DNA of 64,000 nucleotides from Tubulanus polymorphus (lineage: Eukaryota; Animalia; Nemertea). A program made the position numbers and the translations under genes. The first letter of the stretch is position 1. Every line of letters starts with the position of its first letter. The DNA is taken from NCBI RefSeq assembly GCF_964204645.1, contig NC_134028.1, forward strand, positions 24,610,345-24,674,344, written 5' to 3'. Below are positions 37,280 to 51,100 of the stretch, piece by piece. A model generated the notes under the pieces. That model was not told where the DNA came from and did no database searches. It worked only from the letters and a program-made list of their open reading frames with translations.

Positions 37280-40200
37280 ATGTTTAGGGTATCAGTTATC
37301 ACATCATGGAGACATTCACGATTTCTGGGCGCGGTCTTACAGAAACTGAATGGTGCAAGTTCGCCATCACCTCCTCGTCCGGTCGTAGAGCACTACAGAT
37401 ATATCAGTTATCCACCGGGTAACTCGCTCATCGGTGTTAATGATTACGAGTATGAGAAAAAAACGTTCAAGATGCAAGTACCAGAGAAATTCAATTTTGC
37501 CCGAGATGTGATCGACAAGTTTGCTCAGGAGGTAAACTGACAAGTACTTTCTAACTAACGCTTAGTTGACCACACAGGGGCTCGTATTTGAAGTTTGGGG
37601 GCAAACTGTAGCTTAGATCATAAAGTATTCCTGCTACTTTCTTTTTATATATATAGTACCAGGGATATTGGATGATCTAAGCTACAGTTCACCCCCCAAA
37701 CTTCAAATACGAGCCCCTGTGGTTGACCAGTTTATATTTTCAGTCTTGAAGTGGATATTTTGCAAATGTATCATTCTTGTAAATGCTATTCTATTTGAAA
37801 AATTTGGACTCATTGTGGGCTAGTGCAGCGTTTGAACCCACTACCTAACTGTGGCCTAGTGCGACATTCTACCCCTTGACAATCGGTTTTAGCTGCTATC
37901 ATTAGTTTAAACTGCTTACAGCCCTCAATCTAATTATAGCATTTACTAGAGTAATGTCATGTCGGCAAAATATCCACTTCCATAGTTATACATGTACATA
38001 TATGGATGAATGAAACATTTTGCAGTCGAATGCGGCCGAGCGAAATGAAACAGCCCTGTGGTGGATCAATGATCAGGGCAGAGAAGTTAAATGGTCATTC
38101 AGCGAACTTTCGACCAAGTCAAAAAAGTGAGTAGCCCTACCCTGGCCTGATTGGTAGATTTCATTTAGTTTCTTGCCATCGAATGAGATAAATTAGTCTA
38201 ATATTGAGCCGTCATTTCCAAACAAGGGCAACCTGTTCGAAGAAGGTGGACCTGACATTGGAAAGGGCACTTGAAAAGGGCAGAGTTGGCAATGGATGGC
38301 CCTCCCACAGACAATTTAGGACAAACAGGGGGTTTTCTGACCCTTAACGGAGACCATTGAGAATTATTTTTCTTTTTCTTCGAATCATCTTTGCAAAAGA
38401 AAAGTTTTTCCAGACCTTTTGGAGGACACATTCGAATTTTGAAGGGCCTGGTCGACCCCTAAATCCACCCTTGGTGCATTGTCCGGTGTTCAGGCTAAAT
38501 TAATCGAGGATTTAATGAATATGTTCTAGGGTTGCTAATATTCTTGAGACGAGCTGCGGATTGAAAGAAGGTGATGTTATTCTCGTTTTACTGGGTAGAA
38601 ATCCTGAATGGTGGTTGTTCAGTTTAGCGTCATTGCGTTGTGGAATAGTGATGTCACCCGGTACTATGTTACTCACTAGTCATGACATTAATTATCGGTT
38701 GAAAATGTCTAAGGCTAAATGTATAATCACCGATGAGAGTCTGGCTGATAGTGTCGATAAAGTGAGTCCATTTCATTCAACTCTGTTCAACTTCATTCAA
38801 CTCAAATATATGGATAGATAAAAGTGAACAAAGAATGAGGTTCATTAAATTTGTCCGAGCTGCTGCCAACTGTTCCTGATGTTCAGTATTTGTCACTATT
38901 TCATTACGAAAAATACAGATTTCATTTGTTCAATGCGTACATATGAAAGATGTTACCGATGGTCTTGCTGTTGATTACTGATTGAATTTCATATTTCAAT
39001 GAAATGCTCCTGAGAAAAATTCAATTTGTTACTGATAGCCCTTTTCGGAGGTTGGCAGCCGTGTTATGTAATGGTAGAGTTTGTCAAATTTTTTTCTTTT
39101 TCTGCAGGCTTGTGTAGGATGTCCTGACCTCAAACTCAAACTTCTCGTGTCGGAAAAATCCAGGTAATGAAATAGCTGTCAGAACTCTTATCAAATATGA
39201 GTTCTGTTAGTTTCGAAGTATTTTTGCATGATTTCTCTAGACTAAAAAGTTCATCATAGAAAAATTTCTGGTGAATTCTTCCATCCACTCCTCAGTCTCT
39301 GCGAATTTTACGTTTTATGATATTGTTGCGATTTTTAGGTCTGGTTGGTTGAACTATTACAACCTGTTTGATGAAGTTTCTGAACATCATGATGTACGTA
39401 GATTTATTTCTATAATTGTGTCAAGATTTACAGTAAATATACAATAGAAAGACTACGCCTAAATCTGTACTGCTGGGACCAGGATTTGTTGCCCAATTAA
39501 GAGGTTACAGAATTTGAAAGGATAGGAATTTGCTTACCACTAAATTAATAGTCTGGAGATTTGGTGTCTACTGTAATTGGGAAATGAAAGTGATGCAGAC
39601 ACTTCATCAAATTTGAAATTTTCTCCTTTAAAACACCTTGAAAACTCCTCATACCCAGGAATGACTGATATCTGTAGGGATCCTGTTCAAATGACAACTT
39701 AAACTTAGTATATTGAACTGGAAAAACATGTACACAAATTGTGACTCAAAGATAGTTTTTGACTTAGCCAAGTTTGACAGTATATATTCTATTCTAGTGT
39801 CTCGATACAAAGTCATCGGATCCATCAATATTGTATTTTACAAGTGGAACGACTGGTGCTCCGAAGATGGCTCAACACACGCATGCTAGTTTAGGAATTG
39901 GACACCAGGCGACAGCTAGGTATAGAGAATCTTGTAGAAAATTCAGTGCTACCTTCGTATGACACACGTGTGTTGGTATGACATCCTGAGTGTTTTTGGC
40001 CCGTCACTTCACACGGGTGCCAAAGGGCCTGTATCCATTTTGCCAAATTTGGCCCAACCGAAAAAACGTCAGACCAGGCCTGAGCCAAATCTTATGATGG
40101 GTCAAATTATTGTGTGACTGTAAATTGCAACTGGTGACTCATTTTGCTCTGTTTGAGCATTGTTTAGTGCCGAGTGAGGGGTTTACATGTGAGCGCACGG

Positions 40201-43200
40201 TCTTATTAGGCACAGGCTAAATTTCAATCCATAAAAAATGAATGCTATTCTGATGTTTGTGATTTGCAGGTTTATATACGATGCGCATCAGTCTGATGTA
40301 GTGTGGGGAATATCTGATCCAGGTTGGGCTAAAACTGCTTTCTCCGCACTGTTCGGAACTTGGGTCTCCGGCTGTTGTAGTTTTATCTACTCAACTGAAA
40401 AGTTCGACTCGAAAAAATGTCTACAGGTACGTTATCAATCTCGAGTTAAAATCTGGTTATTTGAAGTAATCAAGTTCTGGGCTCACTTGTATAACCATGG
40501 CTTAGATATAAGTCCAGTCTAATCCTTTTTGTGAAACTGAATCCTGAGACCTGCTATCAAATCGTAGTTCATTGCACTTGGTTTTATTAGATTCATAAAT
40601 GACACATATTTGGTGTGAAATACTCTTTAAGGAAATCCAATGATCTTATTTGTTTTAGGTTTTATGCAAATATCCGGTGACCGTATTCTGTGCGCCGCCT
40701 ACTGGCTACCGGTCGTTTGTGAAGGAGGATTTAAAATCGTATGATTTTAAAGCGTTGAGGCATTGTGTGAGCGCCGGGGAACCGCTGGTGAGATTATCTA
40801 CACAATCGATATGGTTATTCCGTTAAAATTTCACGAAGTTACAAACGCATTCAATGCCTCGAGGGTGGCCACTTATCTGGAAATCAGTAGCGAGACGAGT
40901 AGTACTGTTTAGGTTAACTATTTATTTGAGGCACGAGCTTTCGCTTCTAATGAATAGAAGCTTCATCAGGTGAATGAGTCATGGAAATAAGGGAAAAGTC
41001 AGTGAATTTTGTAAAAAGCTTAAGATCAAGGAAAAGTCAGGGAAATTGTTGAGATTGCGTAATTCAAACAGTTTCCCTCTAGTATTATGTTTTAGACTGT
41101 GTTTAATTGATTGGATTCTTAGCGGATCAAATCAGGGAAATTAACGCGTATATCGGGGGACAGTCAGGGAAAGCGAGTCAAACAAAGGTGACTACCCTGC
41201 AAAATGATGATGAATTTTTCTTGCAGAATCCAGAGGTGGTAGAGAGTTGGGTAGGTGAAACTGGTCTGCCTATATACGAGGGTTATGGACAAACTGAAAC
41301 AGTAAGTAAGCACTAGTAGAACGACACGCGCGTCGTTAAAATCATAATTGTATCGTATCCAAATGAATATTATTATTCAGGGTGCTATAGCCAGTACAAT
41401 GAGATGTATGGAACTAAGGCCTGGATCATTCGGTAAAGCTGTTCCTGGTGTCGATATGGCTGTGAGTTGGAAAACATATTTCATCATTTTCATTCGTGAA
41501 AATATTTAGCGAATTTCTTTTCAATATTGTCATTCTGTGTGTAGATTATAGATGAAAATGGAAATGAATTGCCTATAGAAACAGAAGGTGATATCGGGTT
41601 GAAATACAAACCGGAACGGCCAGTCCAACTGTTCGAACATTATTTAGTAAGTTGTGCTACGTAAAATGTTCTCCAGTCTTACTCTTGATACCTAGCAAAA
41701 AGTGTCTAACCTCTTGAAGGTTTCCATTTTCCCAGAGTTTCATTAATTGCACAAAATTCACGATTTTACGCTTGAAAGAATTCCGCCTTACGCTGAGCGG
41801 TGATTGGTGATGATATCTGAAACCCTAAGTGGCCGTATTGGATGGAAACTACGCCTAAAACCTTTCAGAGGTTTAAGTGCTTACTTTTGCCTTACAAAAG
41901 TACCGAGTGCTTACTTTTGCCCCAGCCTTACTATTACGAACCGTATAGATGGACTGAAAATGAAATTCAGATTAGATCAAAATGCCGATTCGACTAATCT
42001 GGATTATACGCGTAATTTCACTGGACATTGTGAATATTTTATAGAATGACGATGCGTTGAATGAGAGATCTTACCGCGGTGATTATTTCCTGCTCGGAGA
42101 TCGCGGAAAGATCGATAAAGATGGATATATTTGGTTCATCGGACGTGCGGATGACGTGATGATTTCATCAGGGTACGTATACTCATAGAAAATCATTTCT
42201 CTTTTAGACCCCGATGACATCACTTATTGCGCATTGCGATCTATTCATTGATTAGATTTTATTTTCTGAGTTGGTGAAAGTTAGAGGGATCGTTCTTAAG
42301 CCAGCCACACACTACAAGTACGCCAGCCGCAAAATCACCTATCATATATTGCCGGGGCATAGTTGTTGTGGAGGCATCAACACTGGCACGCTGGTTGTGG
42401 CTGCTTTAATGCCGGCTTTGAAATCATGTATACAAAATTTTCATGGTTCAGATTTAGGTTAAGATTTCCAATCCCTCTTGTATACAATTTAAGCACTACT
42501 CCAGTAAGCACATCGGGATGGGAGAAACAGTTAATTATGACTTCTCCACATGGATTCCAATGTAGTTGATGAATATAGACCCTTATAACATATGATGTCG
42601 TCATTGGGGAATTTATGGAACCAACATCTCCTGTTCGTGGACACGAGATTGAAATATTCTTCTTTGCTGCAGATATCGTATCGGACCATTTGAAGTGGAA
42701 AGTGCCCTGATTGAACACGATGCAGTATTGGAATCTGCTGTAGTGAGCAGCCCTGACCCTGATAGAGGAGAGGTTTGTACTCGTCGACTGTATATTTACA
42801 CTGTAAATTCTGTTGCCCTTTGAAAGATGTTTATTAGATATTTCTCCCCTCTGAAATATAGGTGGTGAAAGCTTTCATCGTTTTGACGCCGCAATACGAA
42901 AAATACGAGGATAAAGAAGGCCTGAAAAAAGACATTCAAAATCACGTAAAGCAAGTCGCTGCCCCCTATAAATACCCTCGTAAGGTTAGTCCATCCATAC
43001 TATCGATGAAACACTGGTGTGTTAGAAATTACATAAAATCACACACAAATATTAAAATGTGTCTGGAATTTTTCCTTGAGCTAATATTTATTCGACATTT
43101 CGACTAAATCTCAATGGTCATCTTCAGGAATACTGATACCAGAAGATGAAGGAATACGTACTAAGTATTCCTGAAGATGATTCTTTTATACCATTGGATA

Positions 43201-43666
43201 TAAAATATTTCTCCAACTGATAAAATCCGGCTAAGAGAGAGATTTTGATAGGAAAAAAACTGGAAAAATTCCAGACCTAGAACTGGGGGGCAGATCCAGT
43301 AGCCAATTTTGCCAAGTCTCAAAAGGGCATGCGATGTCCATAAAGGCAATATCAAGCGTACACCTGCACTGAAATGCACCAATTGTCTTTTGTTGACAAA
43401 ATGAAAAAGGTCACCCAAAAATTTGAGAAAAGTCAAAAAGGTCACCCTGCAAACTAGTCCAATTTTCCAACTGACAGCAATCTGACTTACGCAACAAGTT
43501 TTACTATATTTTGCGTACCAGTTACATTTCTGAGGACATCAATAATAATAAATGATACCTATTGCAGATTGAATTCGTAGCCGATCTTCCGAAAACAATC
43601 AGTGGTAAAATTCGACGCATTGAACTGAGGAAGAAGGAATGGGAAAAGAAGACGCCTCAAAATTGA
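37280..43666 (+). CDS. ACSM3: Mitochondrial medium-chain acyl-CoA synthetase (ACSM family); exons 37280-37531, 38026-38126, 38530-38761, 39108-39163, 39339-39393, 39798-39919, 40270-40426, 40659-40787, 41227-41301, 41381-41461, 41545-41646, 42045-42172, 42673-42772, 42862-42984, 43568-43666
   Basis: Basic presequence-like N-terminus; [13 protein letters not shown]; [11 protein letters not shown] (AMP-binding P-loop); SDPGWAK; SAGEPLNP; YEGYGQTET; [23 protein letters not shown]; [25 protein letters not shown]. The ACSM3 symbol is a family-level best match, not one-to-one orthology. Confidence 0.93.
37573..37721. mobile_element. Young MITE with ~48-bp TIRs and 8-bp TSD (P-element- or hAT-type)
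   Basis: cacaggggctcgtatttgaagtttggggg... / ...cccccaaacttcaaatacgagcccctgtg, flanked on both sides by gttgacca (37565-37572, 37722-37729). Confidence 0.9.
39479..39685. mobile_element. Dispersed CAGG...CCTG repeat (second copy ~46591-46821)
   Basis: Both copies share cccaatta...gtctactgtaat...gcagacacttc...gaaattttctcctttaaaac.ccttgaa...gactgat...gtagggatcctg. Confidence 0.75.
40862..41199. mobile_element. hAT-like MITE (AGGGTGGCCAC...ACCCTG) with a nested hammerhead-bearing insert; relatives at ~60531-60715, ~62264-62685, ~49590-49742
   Basis: agggtggccacttatctggaaat start, repeated gtcagggaa motifs, ggtgactaccctg end. Confidence 0.7.
40932..40972 (-). ncRNA. Minimal hammerhead ribozyme motif (Penelope-like element type)
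   Basis: CAC-CUGAUGA-A-GCUUCUA(UUCAU)UAGAAGC-GAAA-GC-UC|GUG: full core, 7-bp stem II, CAC/GUG stem I, palindromic AGCU stem III. Confidence 0.75.
43089..43132 (-). ncRNA. Minimal hammerhead ribozyme motif (Penelope-like element type)
   Basis: UAUUC-CUGAAGA-U-GAC...GUC-GAAA-UG-UC|GAAUA with a 5-bp stem I. An inverted partial copy (agtattcctgaagatga) lies at 43164-43180. Confidence 0.65.
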
Positions 43667-45186
43667 TTCTTTGATAATGAATTTAGGCAGAAATTTTATC
43701 ATTACCAACTTATCCAAGAGTTAGTAGTCGAATAAACCTCTATCCAAGTAAACTGTGTGTAAATGATAAATTCCAACAAATTCCTATAAATAGATTTTTC
43801 TCTTATCGGGGAAATGTGTGGGAATTCATTGTACATGTACTTCACATAGTTATCAGGTATTGGAGGCCTCACTTCCATTTGGGAAAAATTTAAAAATCAC
43901 TCATGAAATACTTGAGAATTTTGAATGTTAATGTGGTAACAATGATGCCTGTACTTAAAGATATGCGACCATGACAAACAGTTATGTAATCATGAATTGA
44001 TTTACCTGAAAATATTCAACGATTTTATTAACTTTCAGATACATTTAGCATAATATGTATTTCATTATCTATTGAATTATCATTATTACTATTTAATCAT
44101 CTTATCTTTTACAAAAATACAATTTACAGTGGACTTATTGTCTTCTCAAATTAAGCTGCTGATTATGAAAAGTGCTAAAATGGTAAATAATTTACAAAAG
44201 ATCAAATAATGTTCTAAATGCAAAACCTTGCCTAAACTTGGACATGGCGAACTTTTAACCATATCTTCGAAAAAAAATCAAAATCCTCTGATCTTGATAA
44301 ATCCTTTTTCCAATTAAGGTCAGGTTTACAATTAGGGGCATTTTTATGGTCTGTACAATGTGCTAAGGATATTAATTAAAAGTGCTGCAGATTTAATTTA
44401 AACTACCTTTGATTATGATAATGATAAGAATATTATGTATTTTGAAGTATTTTTGTACCAATATTTCATATTCTATCATTTAATGATTAATAAATCATAT
44501 TATATTATTTGGAATCATTTGTTTTTGATTAATTTTGGTTTTTCGAGGAATTATTGGTAGTGTGGAATCCAAGGAGGAATTGAACAATTTGAAGCCTTTG
44601 CAATGAATTTATTCCCTGTGTCTCTACTGGAAATTATGTCAGCTGACTGATGGTCTAGAGGCCTTATGGTCACTTTTGGGCAAATGCCGTAATAGATTGA
44701 TTATTTTCATTTTCACGGGAAATCTAGCGTGAATTCAACTTTCGAACTGAGAAAATATCATTCTGACAGAAAATCCAATTTCGAGTGATTAATATCGGAA
44801 TGGATCGATTTCAGAGATCGATAATTAGAAATTGGCAAATTGATTTAGGGTTGATAGGCGAACCCTTTGATTCTGACACTGGATATCTTTTTCAGTTTAT
44901 CCGGATATTCGGTCTCCGGACAAAAATCCATCCCTAAATCATATGAATTACGTCAGCCGATAATGAATGGATGAATTGAATGGAAAATGGATTGAACTCG
45001 TGCTGGGGTAAAATACGCCATGCACATCCGGGAACTGTGCACATTATATCTGTAATGGCGGCGTAGACTAACTCGAGTCGCAGTTGAGAAAATTCACCCG
45101 AAATTCGCCCGTTTTCGATACGTTACACGCGTCGTATCGACTCGCAAATGCTACCGAATTATCGCACGAACGTTCGGAATTAGAAA

Positions 45187-48100
45187 ATGCAGAATGAAGC
45201 GACTAAATCTGCTCCGGACGACGCTGACAAGCGCAAAATAGCGGCGCTACCGGAGTCTGAGTCGGCTGGTAGTCAGGAGACTGCACCATCCTCTTCTTTA
45301 CATAATCAGCTTGTTATGGACTGTGCGCGGCCTTTTACCGGCGTCGAATCTGATCATTTTATAGCCGATCTTTCTTACACCGACGAGGACGTCGAAGTCT
45401 CCGATGTAAGTATAAAACTGCCGTTTTCGCAGAGACATTCTTGCACACATAAATTAGGATCGGTAATTTTTGCCTAAAGAAAATGGCTGACTGATAGTGA
45501 ATGTTAAAGGTTCACGATTTATGGATTTATTCTGGGTATTTAGGGTCTATTCAGTGGTGGTTATTTGTTGTATTTCAGTTAAGAATCCCAGCCCGGGTAA
45601 GTTTTTATGAATGCATAGTTTTGAGTTAAATATTATATATTCAATATATGTCAATAAATAGGCCTATCTATAGCCTAAGCTTTGTATCTCAGAATAGGCC
45701 TATTGATAGGTAGCCCCTATAGGTAGGTAGGCCCTATAGCCTATCATCAGGGTCGGATCCGGATTGTGACTGCGGCTTAAGAGTATTTTTCCTAATAACA
45801 GGGGCATTGGACTCAAATATGGCATTTATATACGTGACAAGGTGAAAACTGGAGACTCAACGAAAGAGCAGGCGGTGCTAGTCCTGCTCCATAATCTTAC
45901 TCATATTCGTTTTAGGATTTCTTGATTTTTGGATTCGGTTTGATCAAATTTATAGCGGTACATTTTACTCGAAGATCTAAATCGTAGCCTATATCACCCA
46001 CGGGTCTGGATCCACCGATGAGCCTATTAGGTCCTATGCTAGAGCACATGGTCTTGCAAACCACTATCAAACTACTTAAATATTGATATCATTATATCAT
46101 TCTGATTAGGGGTCAAAATGCTTTCTATTCAAGTTGCTTAGCTACTCGCAGTGGTTGTATCTGTGATAACTGCTATGTGGGTTATTTCATTTTGCCAGGT
46201 CACATTAAAATTGCTATCCAAAGTTTTAGCTAAGTTTGACTAGGGCCCATGCACGTTGCGGGGACAATAATAACCGAGCCATATTGAATAGAGACCATTA
46301 TTAGCGTATGCAGTGTTGATGATATTCTCAGGAAAAATTTCATTGCTTCTTGTATCTTTTTGTCAACTGAAGAATGAGTTTTCATTTTCACTCTGTAGTC
46401 ATAAAAATCTATTTTTGAAGAAATTAGGCCTACGTCAAAATCTTGTCACATTTAGACCCAGAAAATATGCCCTTATGATTGCAGAACTAGTCAGTTCCAG
46501 GAGACTCCTGGTTTATAAAGCCTTTAAAATTCCTTCAATTTTGAGAAATAAGATATAAGAAATGTTGAAAGTTGTACAGAAAATCGAGTACCAGGGTTTG
46601 TAACCCAATTAGGCAGTTAATGAATTAGAAAGGATAAGAATTAGTTTACAGAATTACTGAATCAAAGATTTACTGAGAGAAACAGCACTGATTTAGTAGG
46701 AGTCTACTGTAATCGGGATATTGAAAGTAATGCAGACACTTCTTCGAAATATGAAATTTTCTCCTTTAAAACTCCTTGAATATTCCTTATATCCGGGAAC
46801 GACTGATCCGTAGGGATCCTGATAGAAGGAGCCTATTGATATTAAATCAGTAATTAACCTAGCTACTACGCTAGGGGTTCAGTCCACATGGGCTCCATGA
46901 TTTCGTAGTTAATAACTCTGTAAACTTTATATGATTCATGACTGCTGATTTTTTAACGCCTTTCTAAAACTATCCATCACTGATATTCACACGCTGTTTC
47001 TTACTGCTGCTCTGAAAACGGTTTATAATGTCAAATTTTTAAACCGTTACCTGGCTGCTCTTCGAGCGTGTATGTCTATGCGGTTAAGAGAGGTACCGGT
47101 GCATCAGGTGGGAACGTTTTGATTTTTGGAATAAGCTCAGACAGTTGATATTCAGCGGAACCTCGTTACTACGAATATCTAGACCCAGTTCCGCAGTTGT
47201 GAATTAAAATTTGACTCATCGAGATATGAGATTCGACCCATCAAAAATGAACTGATATAAATACGCGAGTTAACTCATCTCACAACTGTAGAGCTGGAAC
47301 TCGGAGATCAGAGACTGATAGTTGAGTTCAATGTTGTATCCACTCTATGGAATTACTGTGGAACCTCGTAATGAGAAGCTTCAGGAGACCGCAGAATCAG
47401 TTCGTTATAACCGATAATTCACTGTTATATCAGGTATGAAATGAATTATAAGATGAATTGTTATCTGAATTCGTTGAAATGAGATTCTACTGTAGTAACT
47501 GATTTTATAGCCCATTCACGATGCCCTAAAAGCGATTTTAAGAAAGGTTGATGTTCTTGAATAGATGGGGAGTTACTGCGTGGGTGTAGTATAATCAAAT
47601 TAACCGAAAATGTTCCGAGCTCTCTTCCTTAATTCGGAGAATTAATCATTTTCATTTACCAGATGAATTAATTAATTCGTCTTCTTTGAGTCTTCGAGAA
47701 TCTTTAGCAAATCGGCTCCCGACACTCGACCGCAGACATATACCATCAAAATTAATTCATTTTTGAATTAACTTTCATCTCGAAATCATGTATCTCTAGA
47801 GATAAACTCGGATTAAGAGCTCATGTGCGGCACGGTTTTTGTACTGTACATCGTAAATAGAATATTGAGAAAATTTTGTTACTTACATTTCAATTTAGTT
47901 TATTTTAGCCCGGGTTTTTCCATTTATAGTTTGTTTATCTATCCTCAGCGATTAGGCCTATACGACAAGCAATCTGATCGGTGCTGCAAGTTTTCTAGCA
48001 GGAAACCTGCACACCCGGTCTAGTGTGGCAGGGTTTTGCGCCATGACTGAGTCTCGCGAGGCGGCATCAGGTTCGAATCCCTGCCGAGGGACGATGTCGG

Positions 48101-51100
48101 AACGTATTCCGTCGATAAAACATTTGTGACGATATTTTTCTTCTTTTTTTTTTTGATCTGCAGGTCGAATCGTTCACGTTGGATCAGGACGATTTAGAAG
48201 ATGTCGAACCTCGGTTGGACACGTCACGATTCCTGTTGTCGTCGGATACAATGGAAAACAATGAGCTACGCGGAGTTGATCCGGAAACACAGGCGCGATT
48301 AGAGGCGTTATTGGAAGCCGCCGGTAAGAGAGGTCCACGAACCCTGTATCCGTACTAAAACCCCGATTAGGGCCAGTAATCTACAGTTAGTCCGTACTGG
48401 AACGGACCAATTCAATCTATCACACACATTTTTGAAATCAGGTTTTATCACCGGTTCTGGTTAGACGCAACAATCTCTTTAAAGCCTAGCGCACATCGAC
48501 ACAGCGATTGGAGACAACTAGTTGCAACCGAACGATTACCCCGCGCACATCGAAATCTAGTTACAACCGGTCAGTTGCAGCAACTGCATGGCGCGTGTCA
48601 ATCGTCAAGATCCAGAGCGCGCACATCGACGGATACGACTGCGATTACAACCAGTTGCTCAAAAGTAGAACATGGGCAACTGGCTGGAACTGGAGATAGA
48701 TCGACGCTTACCAATTGTAAGCTCGCTCACATCGACACATTCAAGCAACTGATCGTATCCAGCCAGTTCCTCGCATGCGCCGAAAACTGCCTTGCAACTA
48801 GTTGTCTCCAATCGCAGTGTCGATGTGCGCTAGGCTTAAAAGGCGATCGGAGCAAAGTTTCGGTCCACACAATAGACAAAATGGTCCGTTCTAAAATTTA
48901 GAATGTACCTTGATCAGTATTTTTGGTTGGTCTTACTCTAACTTGGTCTGTTTTTCAAATGGAATGGACCAAACATAGTTTCATCGAGTGTATGATGTGT
49001 GTATTTTGAATGTATATGTTATGTTAATGTTGTTACACTCATCGCCCTCCGGTTTCTCTCTCTTCGTTGTTATTGTATTATAAACATGACCGCCCCTGAG
49101 AACGAATATTTACAAGCGAAATTGAATGTGAATTTTTTTTGCAACTAATTGAAACCAAAAACAGTTGGAACCGTTGAGTGTTTAACTAAATTCATCCCCC
49201 ATTGAGTGTTTAACTAAATTCATCCCCCATTGAGTGTTTAACTAAATTCATCCCCCATTGAGTGTTTAACTAAATTCATCCCCCATTGAGTGTTTAACTA
49301 AATTCATCCCCCATTGAGTGTTTAACTAAATTCATCCCCCATTGAGTGTTTAACTAAATTCATCCCCCATTGAGTGTTTAACTAAATTCATCCCCCATTG
49401 AGTGTTTAACTAAATTCATCCCCCATTGAGTGTTTAACTAAATTCATCCCCCATTGAGTGTTTAACTCAATTCATCCCCCATTGAGTGTTTAACTCAATT
49501 CATCCCCCATTGAGTGTTTAACTCAATTCATCCCCCATTGAGTTTTTAACTCATTTCATCCTCAACTAATATCAAAATTCATCCCCAATAATTCAGGAAT
49601 ATTTGTTGAGATTGCTAGATCACTTGTAATATCAAACAGTTTCCATCTATGTTTCGCATATTTGACTTTGTTGATTCAAGTCAGAGAAAACTATGTGCAT
49701 GTCAGGGAAAAGTCAGCAAGTCGAATGTAAGTGGCCCCCCTGATAAAGCCAGCCCCTAAATCTATATTCTTCATATATCATCTGATCGCCGGATCGGGAG
49801 TTTGTGGTAACGGTGTGATCACAGAAATCACTGGCGATTCATAAAAGGAGTTTTTTCTACGAGGACGGACTGAATTTGATGTGATTATTTCATACTGTTT
49901 CGAGGCAGTGTACAGTGTACACAGTGATCACGAATCTACCACGTCAGTCACAGTCACATCTGTCCAACCTTTATACAGTATAACATTTCACATTCGCACT
50001 CCATACATAATATGTAAAAATGTGAATAAATCTAAAATGACGACGAATTTATTAGTTTTCATATTTCGACGCTGAATACATTCGAAACCCTGACTACGAC
50101 TACTATTGATTTGTAGTTTCTACTGTTAGTATTAATGGTATTGATACAGGTATTTCATTAGGTTTCGCTATAACCACTAGAAATGTAATTACTCCAGAGT
50201 TTATCAAAATACTCTCAAAATCAGAATTATTTCTAGTTCATTTACAATTTCTATTTATGAACCCTTGAAAAAATGAATAGAGATCATAGGTAGCCCGGTC
50301 TGCATATTAGAAAGCCGATTAGATGATCGAAATTCAATTTCAAAAGTCGGCAGGTCCTGACATTTCAATATTAAGACTGCTGAGATTTGTTTGTCTGATG
50401 ATGTAGGAGTCTGATGAAAGTTCTATATTAAGCTATTAAGCTATTGCGTGTTCAGTCGCGGAATCAGCTGTTGTTGTATGTGGTGACCTTTCTCTGTCGC
50501 ATCCATTCTAATGTGCACCACGCGTACATATTATATCCATTTATGTACGCGGTGGACACTCACTGTGATGTATACCGGGGTGACTAAGCTCTGATTATAC
50601 ACTACTACCGGTATCTGTAGAAGTATTGATCGGAGATCTGACCATACATTGTAATATTAACTGAATTAATAGGTTTTCATTCATTCAAATGATTTAATAG
50701 TACTGGTGTTGTACTTTGAATACTTACATTAAGGTAGCGCAGGGATGGTTTCATCAGACTTGCTCAATAAAATATTGTGGTAGCAATGTAGTTATAATTG
50801 TCACTGTGTCCGTAATTACTGGGGCCAGTAGCACAGTCATGGCTTAGACCTAAGACCTGCCTTAGACCATCTTAGTTCTACTCTACCACAAAAACTTAAC
50901 TAGTACTAGTAAAACTGAAGTTCCACTTTAACCAGGTTGACGTACCGGTTTCAAAAGCATATATCACCTTTCATCCTAAAGAACGTCTTTAGCCATCAGT
51001 GTCGTTTTGATTATGATTTCAATGTTGTTTTGTTTGTTGTTTCAGGTATCGGTAAGCTATCTACGGCTGATGGTAAAGCACTAGCGGATCCTGAGGTATT

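Noticed and set aside
45655-45745. Cluster of taggccta palindromes in Mask intron 1
   Set aside because: Low-complexity motif also scattered elsewhere in the window; no evidence of a discrete element.
48015-48092. tRNA gene (GGTTCGAATCCC T-loop)
   Set aside because: No acceptor, D or anticodon stem geometry; a second copy with an internal deletion at ~14.85 kb fits a SINE-like repeat.
49173-49565. 28-bp repeat array as a CRISPR array
   Set aside because: Units are directly adjacent with no unique spacers, in a eukaryotic intron with no cas genes; it is a minisatellite.
50512-50559. Pre-miRNA-like hairpin in Mask intron 2
   Set aside because: Only a 10-bp perfect core with a short imperfect extension, too short for a Drosha substrate, and no recognised mature sequence.
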